Shown here in pieces: positions 1 through 12,299 of a stretch of DNA of 64,000 nucleotides. The notes beneath the pieces were generated by a model. The model was not told the DNA's origin and did no database searches. It saw only the letters and a list, made by a program, of their open reading frames with translations. The position numbers were made by a program, and so were the translations under genes. Position 1 is the stretch's first letter, and each line of letters opens with the position of its first letter. The stretch comes from Squalus acanthias (lineage: Eukaryota). Where the stretch lies: contig CM059446.1 of NCBI GenBank assembly GCA_030390025.1, positions 38,316,001-38,380,000 on the forward strand, in the 5' to 3' direction.

Positions 1-803
1 GCTGAAAAGTGCTTTTCATAATGCAAATTTCATTTCTAAAAACATTATAATGTGGCAAGAGCTTCAAAAGAACTTGTCCAAAAAATAACTCTGTAGCGAG
101 TGTGTGTGGAGGGGACGGGGGTTGGGGGGGGAGGGGAACGACTTTGAGACTGGGGCAAATTGTTGGTTTCTATGACTTTTCTTCAGCAGTTGCACTGGAT
201 AAAGCGTTCCAAATGAGGGATGGAATCAGCCAGCCCGGCCCAGGGAGCAATCCTGGAAACAGGGGGAATCAGTTAAAATCAGGCTTGAAGAACAGTATTA
301 CAACACGTAGCATCAACAAAACCAGCCCAGAAGAATCAACAAGATCGGCCTAATGAAATGATAAGAAAGTAGGTACAATTAGTAAGAGAGAGGAGGAAGG
401 TGGTGGATTCACAACAATTGGCCAAGGGGAGTGAGAGTAGGTGAATGATGAAGAAGTGGGAGGAATCAGTGATATTGGTCCACATGAATGAAGAGAAAAG
501 AGGTTTAATGCCTGGATGAGTGCAGCTCCAACAACACTCAAGAAGCTCAACACCATCCAGGACAAAGCAGGCCGCTTGATTGGCACCCCATCCACCACTT
601 TAAACATTCACTCCCTCCACCACCGGCGTACCGTGGCTGCAGTGTGCACCATCTACAAGATGCACTGCAGCAACTCGCCAAGGCTTCTTCGACAGCACCT
701 CCAAAACCCGCGACCTCTACCACCTAGAAGGACAAGGGCAGCAGGCGCATGGGAACACCATCACCTCCAAGTTCCCCTCCAAGTCACACACCATTCTGAC
801 TTA

Positions 804-915
804 AATGAGAAGTCGCAAAACACCAGGTTATAGTCCAACAGTTTTATTTAAAATTACGAGCTTTCGGAGCTGCTGCCCCTTCGTCAGGTAGAGGTACCGT
901 CAGGCATCTCCGCAT
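804..915. mobile_element. Miniature Penelope-like insertion (family 1): inverted 3' end plus forward tail fragment
   Basis: 12-bp TSD CATTCTGACTTA at 792-803 and 916-927. 804-890 matches 20266-20352. GGCATCTCCGCAT (903-915) matches the tail GGCATCTCCACAT at 23137-23149. Confidence 0.85.
854..890 (-). ncRNA. Minimal hammerhead ribozyme (PLE-type)
   Basis: Minus strand reads UAC-CUGACGA-A-GGGGC-AGCA-GCUCC-GAAA-GC-UC-GUAA: core CUGANGA/GAAA, 5-bp stem II, AGCU palindromic stem III. Confidence 0.75.
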
Positions 916-3115
916 CATTCTGACTTAGAAATATATCGCTGTTCCTTCATCATCACTGGGTCAAAATCCTGGAACTCCCTCCCTAACAACACCTTGGGAG
1001 TACCTTCACCACAAGGACTGCAGCGGTTCAAGAAGGCAACTCACCACCACCTTCTCAAGGGTAATTCGGGATGGGCAATAAATGCTGGCCTTGCCAGCAA
1101 CGCCCACATCCCAGGAACGAATAAAAAAAAATGGAAATTGCTCCAGGGAAGAGATATAGAAACATATGGGATCAGAGGGATCCAAGGGATTGAAAATGGA
1201 CTAAATCAACACGATTACCCAGATGAATGAGCAGAAACTGGGTGGAATCAGTAACACTGACTTGTATGAGTGATGAAGGACTGGGTGGCATCAGAACCAA
1301 CAAAGACAAATGGAACCGGGTGGAATCAGCAAGACTGCCCAGGAAAACAATGTGGAAGTTAGTCAAGTCACTGAGATTAGCCCAGATCAGTAATGTGGAA
1401 CCAACTGAAATCACAGAGACCGGCCAAGAGGAATAGATGTACAAGTGGGTCATCTTGCTAATTTCACCTACTTTCACACTCACATGGGCCAAATTCCACC
1501 TTCTTTCATATCATTCTCTCTCAATCAGAGGGACTGTTCCAGGAGAATATTTAGAAGCGGATAGGCCAGAAAGATTTTTATGCAAATAGATGGAATCAGT
1601 GAACATGTTTCTTATTAAAGAAAACCTCAAATATGCAAGCAGCTCATTATTAATCTTCCTCAGCCATGAGCTCCTAGCTCACACCCTACACTGAACATTT
1701 AATTGCACTCAAATTGTGCTATGAAATATTTGCAACAATACATTAATTCCTTTGTTAAAATAGAAGACAGGGGAGTTTCCTATGAACACATTGTGCATGT
1801 TATTACTATTAACAGTATGATTTCAACATTCAAGTGTGAATTAACATCCTGGATGTACCCATCACAACACATGGTATGGGTATTCATTAGTACATTATAT
1901 CCCCTCTATTCTTCAAGGTGTTAAAGGTATCTGCTCAGCTAACTCGAACTGGTGTATTGTTATTATTTATTCACAACCCGCTAATAATAGACTCTGTTAG
2001 ACACTTCCCTTGATGGTATCCTTCAGACCTTCTGATTTATATTTCCTCCCTGATGCTTTCTGTACACTATGGAACTGTTTCCAGTGTGTGCACAATTGTT
2101 CAGGAGTCACTTTCATGACTTTTAACAACCTGGCAAGGACCGTCTCCGATCTCAGAGGAAGAGCTGTACAAGTCAACAATGGTGAAGTGCCTTTCTGTCC
2201 TGAAAGGATGGGCTGTGTTTTACGGTTTCACAAATGTTTGTCGAGTTGCTGGTTTCTGCGACTTTCTCTCGGCCGTTGCACTGGATAAAGCTTTCCCCGC
2301 TGTTTGAATCAACACTTTACTTCAAGCATTGACCTCAGGCCAATAAATTGTGTTTTTTTTTGCTATGTCTGTCTGAAACCAAAGGCTTCATATTCATAAT
2401 ACGACAATTTAATAATGATCTATTTTCCCTTTCATCACAAAGAATGTTGCATATACTTTTTTTTGTTTTTAGATCCAATGGCAGTACTGAACTCTTCGAT
2501 AACTGGGAGTTGTGCGGTCATTCAGTGTGCTAAAGGCATTCATATTCATTAGGTTTATACTTGCACAGAGCTTAGCATTATTTTTACAGCAGTATTCAGG
2601 GTGGTTTATTGCGCTATCATTTATTTAGAGTAAGTTACACAGCAAATATATTCACAATATAAGTGCTGGATGAATTGGAGTCATATAAATTGATTGATCA
2701 GTAGTGTTCTCTGGCTGCACTTACTCATTCCATTCTGATGTGTGTACCATCCTTTAGAGACTTGGTCTGTGCTCCATCCTGTAGTACATAGTGGTTTAGA
2801 CCAATAGCACCTTGAAAAGTGGTTTTGTCTGCACAGTTTACCTAGGCAGGGCAGTGTGCTTGCTTCATTCTGTGCGGATAATTGTAACAATTATTACTTG
2901 TGCTGTTCCCGATTGTTCCCTTTGGTGCTTAGTTTGTTATGTGTATGCTGTTTATTGGTGAAATGTGACTTTTCTGATTTAAGGCTTGCTCTCTGTGCCT
3001 GTACCTGGAATGCTGCTGTTTTGAAAGTTCAATCTACAATCGGCAAGTTTTCCAGGATTATGTCTGATTCACCTTAGCTGCAGTTCAGGATGTCGTTGTT
3101 TTTGTATCCTCAGTC

Positions 3116-3549
3116 TGTCAGCTGTGGCTCAGTGGGTAGCACTCCTGCCTCTGGGTCAGAAGGTTGTGGGTTCAAAGTCCCACTCCAGTGACTTGAGCAC
3201 AAAAATCTGGGCTGACACTCCCAGTGAGGGAGTGCTGCACTGTTGTTGGTACCGTCTTTTGGATGAAATATTAAACCGAGGCCCCGTCTGCTCTCTCAGG
3301 TGGATGTAAAAGATCCCATGGCACTATTTCGAAGAAGAGCAGGGGAATTATCCCCGGTGTCCTGGCCAATATTTATCCCTCAACCAACATCACTAAAACC
3401 GATTACCTGGTCATTATCACATTGCTGTTTGTGGGAGCTTGCTGTGCGCAAATTGGCTGCCGTGTTTCCTACATTACAACAGTGACTACACTTCAAAAAT
3501 ACTTCATTGACTGTAAATTGCTTTGGGACATCCTGAGGTCGTGAAAAGG
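3116..3549 (+). mobile_element. tRNA-derived DeuSINE (SacSINE1-like)
   Basis: A-box TGGCTCAGTGGG and B-box-like GGTTCAAAGTCCC, Deu-like core (TAAAAGATCCCATGGCACT...CCCCGGTGTCCTGGCCAA), LINE-like tail. Near-identical copies at 6477, 7990 and 20015. Confidence 0.85.
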
Positions 3550-3552
3550 TAA

Positions 3553-3878
3553 TAGAGGTAGTGGAAGGATTTGCAGGCTGATTAACAATCTGACAGGCCG
3601 CAACGTGAATGCTCCTTCCATGGCCATAACCAGCTTTTATGTACCAGCCAGACAGGGTGGTTAGTCTATATGGCGGGAGGGGTTTATGAGCTCCCACAAC
3701 TCATTCAATGAGGGGATGGGCACCCACGCCCAGCCAAAGTGAGTATCTTGCTGGATGTCAACCCACAATTAAGAGCTGGAGCTCCGGTCTCCATTCACCA
3801 GGACTGTCTGAAGCGAGGTTCGAACCCTGCACCTCCTGACTCAGGGGCGGGGCGGCTACCTACTAATCCAAAGGCTCG
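3553..3878 (-). mobile_element. Probable degraded tRNA-headed SINE
   Basis: 3815-3878 reads on the minus strand as a tRNA-like head (GAGTCAGGAGGTGCAGGGTTCGAACC). The extent of the body is uncertain. Confidence 0.35.
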
Positions 3879-3970
3879 CTCTCAATTCAGGATAATTTGT
3901 ACAATGATCTCTTTACCCACATCTGTGAATTCACATGTAGCTGGTAATTCTCAAAGCGGTGTAGCATATA

Positions 3971-4572
3971 GGGTAGATTTCACGATTCATGCTTCCGGCA
4001 CAGAGCATTGCATGCTGGGAGTGTATAGCAGAAATTTTCCCAAGGAAGTGAGCGGGCCCCACATGGACAGAGAATCCTGTGGGGTCCACATGGACCAAGA
4101 ATCCTGTGGGCCCACATGGACCAAGAATCCTGTGGGGTCCACATGGACCAAGAATCCTGTGGGCCCCACATGGACCAAGAATCCTGTGGGGTCCACATGG
4201 ACAGAGAATCCTGTGGGGTCCACATGGACCAAGAATCCTGTGGGGTCCACATGGACAGAGAATCCTGTGGGGTCCACATGGACCAAGAATCCTGTGGGGT
4301 CCACATGGACAGAGAATCCTGTGTGTCCCAAATGGACAGAGAATCCCGTGGGCCCCAAATGGACAGAGAATCCCGTGGGCCCCAAATGGACAGAGAATCC
4401 TGTGGGCCCCAAATGGACAGAGAATCCTGTGTGTCCCACATGGACAGAGAATCCTGTGGGTCCCACATGGACAGAGAATCCCGTGGGTCCACTGACCTCC
4501 GCTCCCAAAATCTTGATACGTGCACCCAACATGCAAAGCTCCAGCCAGGGTGTAAATTTGTAAAATCTATCC
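3971..4572. mobile_element. Fold-back MITE-like element enclosing a minisatellite
   Basis: ~90-bp imperfect inverted arms: GGGTAGATTTCACGATT...GCATGCTGGG (3971-4058) versus CCCAACATGC...TTTGTAAAATCTATCC (4490-4572). Confidence 0.65.
4057..4492. repeat. 27-bp minisatellite, 16 units
   Basis: Unit CCACATGGAC(AG/CA)AGAATCCTGTGGGGT. One unit is 26 bp. It produces the 9-aa repeat ORFs in several frames. Confidence 0.95.
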
Positions 4573-6072
4573 GCATGTGTCGAATAAGACTAAACTATAC
4601 AGGGAAAAAAAGGACAATGGGGAGAAAAAAAGGTAAAGAATAAGGTAAAATGGGGAAAACATGAGAAAAGAAAAAAAATCCTAAATGATACCTCTGTAAT
4701 CTTCAGAACATTCTGCTACTGCCTAATAATTACCATTTGATATTAGTGGTCAAACGTTTAATGCGTTTGATTGACATGTCTTTGTCCACTGTTTTAACGG
4801 AGGCCCTAATCCTTTCATTTTAAAGCTTCTTTTGTTCGCATGTTTAATGCATTTTGGACGGTGGACATGTGACAACATGCCACTTCATTCAGGTTTCTAG
4901 AACATTTGATAAGGCGCCTAACGAGTAATTCTTTTAGTAATGTTGACTTTGTAATATCATAAGGACTGTGCCATTTTGAGCTACATGGTTGCCTGTTTGC
5001 GAAATTGACGGTGTTGTGAGCTGGTCCAGAAAGAACAGGCAGTCACACAGACAGAAAATGATCAGGTTTAAAATGTATATAAACTGGTTATAGCATGACG
5101 AGCGCACGTTTCTTGCAACGTTTTCATCTTGTCTTTACTCCTATCCCTTCTGCACCCTCCCTCTGGATAAAATGCGACTCAGAGAAGGAGATTTCTGTGA
5201 AGTTCTGCAGATTGCCTGCAAATTCCTACCCAGAAAAAAATGTTTCTGTATGGAAAGAACAATAACATCTTAATGCCCCAGAGTCTGACTCCTTGAATCC
5301 AAGCTGGTGAAATGAATGAAGGATTTGCTCAGGGTCAAATACCTCACCTACTGACCCAAGAGCCGGGGAGAATCATCACACGTAGAGGCAAGTGGGAACA
5401 TCCAGCACATTGTGGATTTCAACCTGCAGATGTGTGAAGCCCACACTTGTCTATGCATAATATATTCACACATTTCCCTTCTGCGATTATGCATAAAACT
5501 AAATTCGTTCAAAAGTTCAAAATGGGACCACAGGAATGTGAAGCAAAAGCAAAAAAATAAAATAAAATTTGGAGGCTGGAAATCCAAAACAAAATCAGAA
5601 AATGCCAGAAACACTGAGCAGGTATATGAAGGTTTGACTAAGAAAAGCCAGTTGAAGAAATTGTCGCAACAGGAGGTTCATGCAAAAGTGACTCCTGTGA
5701 ATATAATGCAAGTGAGAGTCACATGCACAATCATACAGAATGCAACCCTATTTTTCACAGCAAAACGCAATCACTTTCAGGGACAGTAGTTTATTTAATG
5801 TTACCATTTATGGGGCAGATTTCTTCAGTGCATTATGCATAACAAAATCATAAACCCAGTTATAAGGTTTACCGTTTGTTATACAAACTGTCGGGATTGG
5901 ATAGCTGAACCTGGAAAGCAGACTGGCTAACTTTCAAGATATTCTTATAAGCTTGCAACCACTTTTAAATGTATGTCGACTGATTGGCGAATTCAAACCA
6001 GTATTGTCGGTCAGAGTTGTTTTTATTGAAGTTTATCACAGCAGACATGGCAACACTTTTGAGTGTCACACT

Positions 6073-6216
6073 GGCCGGGAATTTCTTCAGAGCTGCTCTC
6101 CCTCCACCGTAACTCACCGGACGTGCGGTGGAAACTCCGATTATGCACGGTTTCTGCTGGCCTTCCGTCAAAGTTACGGCAGTGGAGCAGGAGCAGCTCC
6201 GAGGAAACAGGCGGCC
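6073..6216. mobile_element. Fold-back MITE with 3-bp TSD (PIF/Harbinger-like)
   Basis: Arms GGCC...TTTCTTCAGAGCTGCTC...CCGTAACT and AGTTACGG...GAGCAGCTCCGAGGAAA...GGCC. ACT lies at 6070-6072 and 6217-6219. Confidence 0.65.
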
Positions 6217-6476
6217 ACTGACACTTTTATGGCTCACACTGTGCCGACACTTGCAAAGTTTATTCCAGTTTAAAGAGCGACAAGTATTGCCTTGATGTCC
6301 AGGAAGTTCTGGGGAGGGGGAAATTAATCCAAAGGGACAAATTTGTATTACGGTAGGTTTTGTAACTTAGATTTATGACAGAAAAAGAAACTTAAATGTA
6401 TATGTAAAAGATGCATCGCTGTATTTGTACAAAATTCCTCTGTGTTCTATTTCAATACATTTATTAACTCATTTAA

Positions 6477-6921
6477 GCACACTTGCCTCTGAGTCAGAAG
6501 GTTGTGGGTTCAAGTCCCACTCCAGGTTCTTGAGCACATAAAGCTAGGCTGACACTCCAGTGCCGTGCTGAGGGAGTGCTGCACTGTCGGAGGTGCCATC
6601 TTTCGGATGAGACGTCAAACCGGGGCCCCGTCTGCTCTCTCAGGCGGACGCAAAAGATCCCATGGCACTATTTCGAAGAAGAACAGGGGAGTTATCCGCG
6701 GTGTCCTGGCCAATATTTATCCCTCAACCAACATAACCAAAACAGATTATCTGGTCATTATCTCATTGCTGTTTGTGGGAGCTTGCTGTGCGCAAATTGG
6801 CTGCCGTGTTTCCCACATTACAACAGTGACTACACTCCAATAAAGTACTTAATTGGCTGTAAAGCGCTTTGAGACATCCGGTGGTCGTGAAAGGCGCTAT
6901 ATAAATGCAAGTCTTTTTTTT
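6477..6921 (+). mobile_element. DeuSINE copy, slightly 5'-truncated
   Basis: B-box GGTTCAAGTCCC, Deu core, tail GTAAAGCGCTTTG...GGCGCTATATAAATGCAAGTC followed by a T run. Confidence 0.88.
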
Positions 6922-7989
6922 AAAGCAAACATGGTAATGAAAATATTAAATAGTGCGCGGAGGAATTTCATATGAATGGGTGGAATTTTCCAAAGCTCAA
7001 TGCCACCTTTGCGAGTCCTCACTAGGGGCACTGGACATTTGAAAGCTCCATCCACATTGGGCATAAACAATGGTGAGAGAGATGTCACCCTCATTGACCC
7101 AAGCCACTTTACAGATTCTTATTCTTAAAGCTACGTGATCCTTTTTAACTTCTAGATCCTGAGAAAGCATTCAATAACCCACGTTGGGTAATCTCACAAA
7201 GTCTGATCGCGAGCCTTAGATTGTGGTTTTTAACTGTAGTTCTGCTGTTCTGGTTCCAATTCTAGTTCTAGTGCCATTCCAGTGTATATACTCCTGACTG
7301 ATTTAAAACTAGCCTGAATGCACAGCCACATCAATGTCACTTGTGGTTGATGCTGGTAATGTTCCTGGATGTAGGATATCCATTAGCTGCTAAACTGCCA
7401 GATTGATTGTCATAAAATCATTCAAAGAGAAGCTGAAAGTTCAAAGTAATTTCAGGAGTGTGGGAGAAGGTTTGCATTTTTTCTCTTTAAGCACAGACTG
7501 CAGTCTTGGTTTCTTCACCGCAAAGTCCAGTCCCTTGGTTCCCGAGCTGGATCTGGCACCTGGTGTTGTTAGATCTAAAGTGCGTGGAGCGGCCTAGCAG
7601 CCTTAAAGGGACCGCTGCAGACTGCTCAAAAACAGGGAAGTTTCAGGTGCAACAGTGTTTTTTGAGGGATCAGGAGGAGTCCTCTCAAAAATCGACCCCC
7701 GCGACACCCGATCCTCGGTGGCCCTGCCTCGTGACTGTCTCCCCCTCCGCCTTTCCCCTGATGGCTGGGCTGCACGCTGGATTTTCAGCCCCCTCCAAAC
7801 AGTGAGCAGCTCAAAATGCGCAAGCCGCCCACTGGTGGTATGGAAATGAGCCTCGGACAGGAAAATGGGTCGAGCCTCTCGCTACAGCGATCGGGCAAGC
7901 ACGGCGGGTGCCCCACTCACTGCCTGCTTGCTTTGGGCAAATGTTTCAAATCGACGCCCAACTTGTCTAGTGCTTCCTTCTTTGTTATA

Positions 7990-8426
7990 AAGAAAGAGAG
8001 AACTTGCATTTATATAGCGCCTTTCATGCCATCCCAAAGCGCTTTACAGGCAATGAAGTACTTTTTGAAGTGTAGTCACTGTTGCAATGTAGGAAACACG
8101 GCAGCCAATTTGCACACAGCAAGCTCCCACAAACAGCAATAAGAGCATCTGTTTTAGTGATGTTGGTTAAGGGATAAATATTGGGAGAACTCGCCTGTGC
8201 TTCTTCGAAAAGTGCCATGGGATCTTTTATGTACAACTGAGTGGGAAGACGGGGCCTCAGTTTAACGTGTCATCCAAAAGTCGGCACCTCTGACAGTGCA
8301 GCACTCCTTCAGCACTGCACTGGACTGTCAGCCTAGATTATGTGCTCAGGTCTCAGGAGTGGAGCTTGAACCCACAACCTTCTGACTCAAAGGTGGGAGC
8401 GCTACCAACTAAGCCATGGCTGACAC
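7990..8426 (-). mobile_element. DeuSINE copy
   Basis: Reverse complement of the 3116/6477 family, from the head (GTGTCAGCCATGGCTTAGTTGGTAGC) to the tail. Confidence 0.85.
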
Positions 8427-10311
8427 GTTATGGACGAAAAGGTTGGTCTAATGGTGACCATGTAAATCTTGTAGGCTTGTGGAACATGAATAGCTGACTA
8501 AATAGTCAGTTTTGAAGCCAATATGAGTCAATATGGGCTCCATCGCCAACATGAACAGTGGGACTAAAGAGGAAAACAAGTCAGCAAAGTGTTTTAAATT
8601 TAAACTAAAACTTAGAAAAAAATGCTGCAAAAGTGTTGGAATATGTATATCATTTATAAATAAAGTAAAAGTCAAGTTAAAAAGAGAGGGAGGCTGAAGA
8701 AGAAATAGTGGCAAAAGGGAAAACAGGGTGAGCAGAATACACTTCAATACATTTTAAAAAGTTTACTTTCATTAAAAAAGTTTTAAGCATTTACTTTAGC
8801 TGTAGCTAAATTTGACCTCACCTTTGAATATTATTACTGTAATATTAGGGTTTTTTTCAGTATCACAGTATGTGAGCTGAAAACTGTTTCAAAATGACAG
8901 GTCGGAAATGAAGTCGGAATTCCCTGGGCCTGTCAGCGCACAAAGGGTTAAGAAACAAGAAGCATGCACACGCTTCCTCTCCTCCTGTTTTGGTTTTTAA
9001 AGTAGCTCTTCAGCTTAAGACTATGCAGTTTTCTTTCTTTACGACCAATACAGATATGGATCAAAAATTTTATTTTGCACCGATCGGCACCTCAGTTCAA
9101 TTGTTTTTAATCATTCATGAATCATTGCTTTTTCATGCTTCTATGGATTTAAAATCCCTCAAGTAATACAAATATTGGTTACAATTCTCAAACATCGTAG
9201 CAAGGTCAAAACATGGAGCCCTTTGTATACATGGAAGTTGGGTGTGGGTTTCAACTTTAGGTGCAGAGAGTGTCAAAAGTTAATGCAGCCTTAAACTGTC
9301 TCTATATCTCCTTAGCATGTCTAAAAGGGAAAGCAAAGTCAACAAGCAAACAGAATAGGGACAGTAGGTTAACGCTGTCATTGTATTTCAATAAGGGCAA
9401 GCTTCACCTTTGACCCTCCAATCAGCTGTAATGGAGACTTTGTTTACTCACTTGTTCCTCTTAGCAGTCAGTGAGCACCTAGACTATTTAGTTGATGTGG
9501 TTTCAATGTGTTATAAAGCTTGTTTCAGAAGCTGACTTTTAGACCCCCAGACATTAGCCTACAGAAGCCAGCTCCTTGAATTGTATCTACACTTGTGGAA
9601 GATGTGTCTATAGCACATTAAAGTTTCTCAGTGTTCAGGAGACACTGAGGTCTAACATACCATTGGCCCATCGAGGCCTAGAAATAAATGGGTTAACGTC
9701 TCCGCTAAAGTGGCAAAGTCATTTTGTACAAATGCGTTAAACATTTATATACTAACATTTCCACAGGGTAATTTCGATAACCAAGAGTGTGTTAAACAAG
9801 AGTGAAATGTAGCTACTGGGTTTTTTTTGGTCAACTAGTGGATCAGTGGCTCTTTAGTCCAGGGCCTCATTTTGAGCTTGCTCGGTTCAGCATTATCCTA
9901 GAACCCAGCATGCAATGTAATCACACCTGCTTCATCATTCAGTAACAATAGCATTTGGCATGTAAGTGTTAGAAATAACCGATAAGGAGTTAATGTAGCT
10001 GTGTGGGGTGAGCAATTTTGCATAGTTATGATTTAAGAGTGAAGTTCAGCAGATCATAAGAGATCGAGCCAGACAGAAACACACGCTCTTTGAGGGTCTC
10101 CAGAGCACCCAAACATCAAGCAGAGGAACCAGCAGCCACTGGAGTCCCTGGCTCTTGGGTCAATGAGATGCATCACATCTGATATACATGGGGGTATGTG
10201 AGGAAGAAAGTATCTAATTTTAAAGAAATCTGCCAAAGTAAGTATGAAGGATGATTGTGAATTATTTTGTACATTTGTACGTATGTCACAATCATCTTGG
10301 CTGCAATATAT

Positions 10312-10836
10312 GGGGTAGAGAATGGATCCCACTGTGCCCATATTTCGGACACAGAACGAGGCCCAAAAGCACCAATTTGACCGTGCTGTTTCCTACGCCC
10401 CAAGGGCACCTGAAAACCATCTGACCCAGTTTTTCAAGTGTCCCTGGCGGCCGCCTAACACAGGCATTAGGCCCCTTGTATATGGGCCCTAACACCTGTT
10501 TTAGATCCCCTCCGAGAAATTGGGATGCTCTGACTGGAGCAGGCAACCGGCCTACTCTGCGCAGGTTTATACCGGCGTGGATGCAGCCTAGCAAGTGGTC
10601 GCCACCAAAAAAGGTAGGTACATTTTGTTGTTAAGGTTGACGTGGAGCCAGGAGAAGCAGGAGTGCTCCTCCGAACTCCACAGCAATCGCAAGGGCCACT
10701 GCCGACCTGTGATCAGCCCCCACTCCCATTGTCCTCTCCCCTCACCCCCACCCACGGGTCTTCAATGAGTCTGGCTATTGGGCGGGGCGTATAACAGGTA
10801 GCCGATGCGATACCGCCCAAGACAAATTTCTATCCC
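10312..10836. mobile_element. Non-autonomous DNA transposon remnant (GGGGTAG-type termini)
   Basis: Begins GGGGTAGAGAAT and ends AAATTTCTATCCC. GC-rich interior in AT-rich flanks. No clean TSD. Confidence 0.45.
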
Positions 10837-11132
10837 ATTGTTTACAACTGGCTAAGTGCTATTTTTTTTCCTTTACAGCAAGGCAAGAAGATCCACAAGG
10901 TCATCCTAATCCCTCAGGACTACAATCTGTACCACAGCATACTCCGTCACCCACTTTACTAGAAACAAACAGCAGTCAAGCAATAAATATGCTGGCGGAC
11001 AATAGTGAGTTTAAGGAGGGTAAGTTACTGATCATGAGGAATGGGCAAAAGTGATGGGATGATGGGCTGACTTCTGCTGAATGGTTCGGGGCCCTCCTGG
11101 GTTGCTTCATGATTCTAACCTCACAGAGCCAC

Positions 11133-11324
11133 TGACGTAAGAAAACTACTAGGCACTTGGTCTAAGCGTTAAACAAAGCTTTAATCAACTGTTTTACAAC
11201 ATGGAGATCTAGTTGTGTCCTTCACTAGTTCCTGTTAAGAATGTCCTGCGCAAGCTGGGCCCGTGCCCGAGTATTTATACTCTCCCTGGACAGCGCCACC
11301 CGCAGGCCACTCAGTATTATTTCA
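11133..11324 (-). mobile_element. Possible ~190-bp solo LTR
   Basis: TG...CA ends. On the minus strand a TATAAATA is followed ~90 nt later by ATTAAA. No TSD found. Confidence 0.25.
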
Positions 11325-12299
11325 TAAGTCTTTCTTTCATGAATGACAGATTCATGTCAGCCACCATGAACCGTAGGTTACTTCTTGAATAAGAGTAGCT
11401 GAGCCAGTCTCTTGCTTCAAAGCAAGCTGGGATGGCCACCGTTGCCGATTCGACCACGCAGTTTGCCACTTTCGTGGAGCAAGAGTTGTCTGCTCTACAC
11501 ACTGCCATTGAGCAACATGACCCATCAATGGTTTCAGGCATGGTGAGTGAGAAGGCAGTAGCAGCATTCCTCTTACTGATGTTGACAAGGCGCTGAGGTT
11601 AACATTTCTATGATGTGATCACTGCTGGCTTCAGCACACATAAAGGCAGATAACAGGTAATCATGACTGAGGGATTCAGAGCCCTCAGTTTATGATCGCA
11701 TAGACCAGTGGATGAACCTAAAATTCAGCTTCCAATAATGGCATGCATGTTGAAGCACCAGAACAGGCATGTGGGTCTCAAATCGCAGCCAGTCCCTAAC
11801 AAGTGACCGGGGAAGCTGAAGCAATCATATAGGCCCCTACGGCTGAAATAAGACAGGCTATTCCTGGCTCACTGGCAGGACAATCTGCATCCTCATTACG
11901 CTGAGGTAGGTAGGCAGTTGAATCACAAGCAAGTCTTCGGGGTTGGGGGTCGTTCAGGAATCCACCACCTCTACCTCTTCTGCTAGGTGAGTAGGAGGCA
12001 GAGCGCAATGAAGCACAAGGGGCAAGCACAGCGGTGCATCACAACCATGGCATCCACTCATCGTAAATATACTATCGCTGAAAGAAATCAAAACTATGAA
12101 TGTTGTAAACATTGCATTCATGTGTTATTTATTTCTGTTGATAAGGTGCACCCTTATTGTATTGCAGAGCAGCCTGCGAAATGGAGGTCGCAAGTATTAA
12201 TAACTGAATGATTTATGTGCCTCTGCTTGCAGACAGAAACATTTGTCTATGCAATCTCCCTCATTTGAGACGCTTGAACCAAACCTTGGTTCGGAGGGT

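Larger units (their letters stand above)
510..1131 (+). mobile_element. 5'-truncated non-LTR retrotransposon 3' end (CR1/L2-group LINE), interrupted at 804-915
   Basis: ORF 516-833 (KLNTIQDKAGRLIG...SLHHRRTVAAVCTIYKMH) resembles a LINE ORF2 C-terminus. Sequence resumes after the insert and ends in AATAAAAAAAAA at ~1120-1131. Confidence 0.75.

Noticed and set aside
160-190. Hammerhead on the minus strand (CTGAAGA...GAAA)
   Set aside because: No stem II pairing between the core boxes and no stem I.
3116-3190. tRNA gene
   Set aside because: It is the tRNA-derived head of a SINE and runs directly into the Deu core. The same applies at 6477, 8426 and 23348.
4057-4492. CRISPR array or repeat-protein gene (ORFs 3739-4643 in several frames)
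   Set aside because: Units are contiguous with no unique spacers and no cas genes, in a vertebrate context. The ORFs arise because the stop-free 27-bp unit is a multiple of 3.
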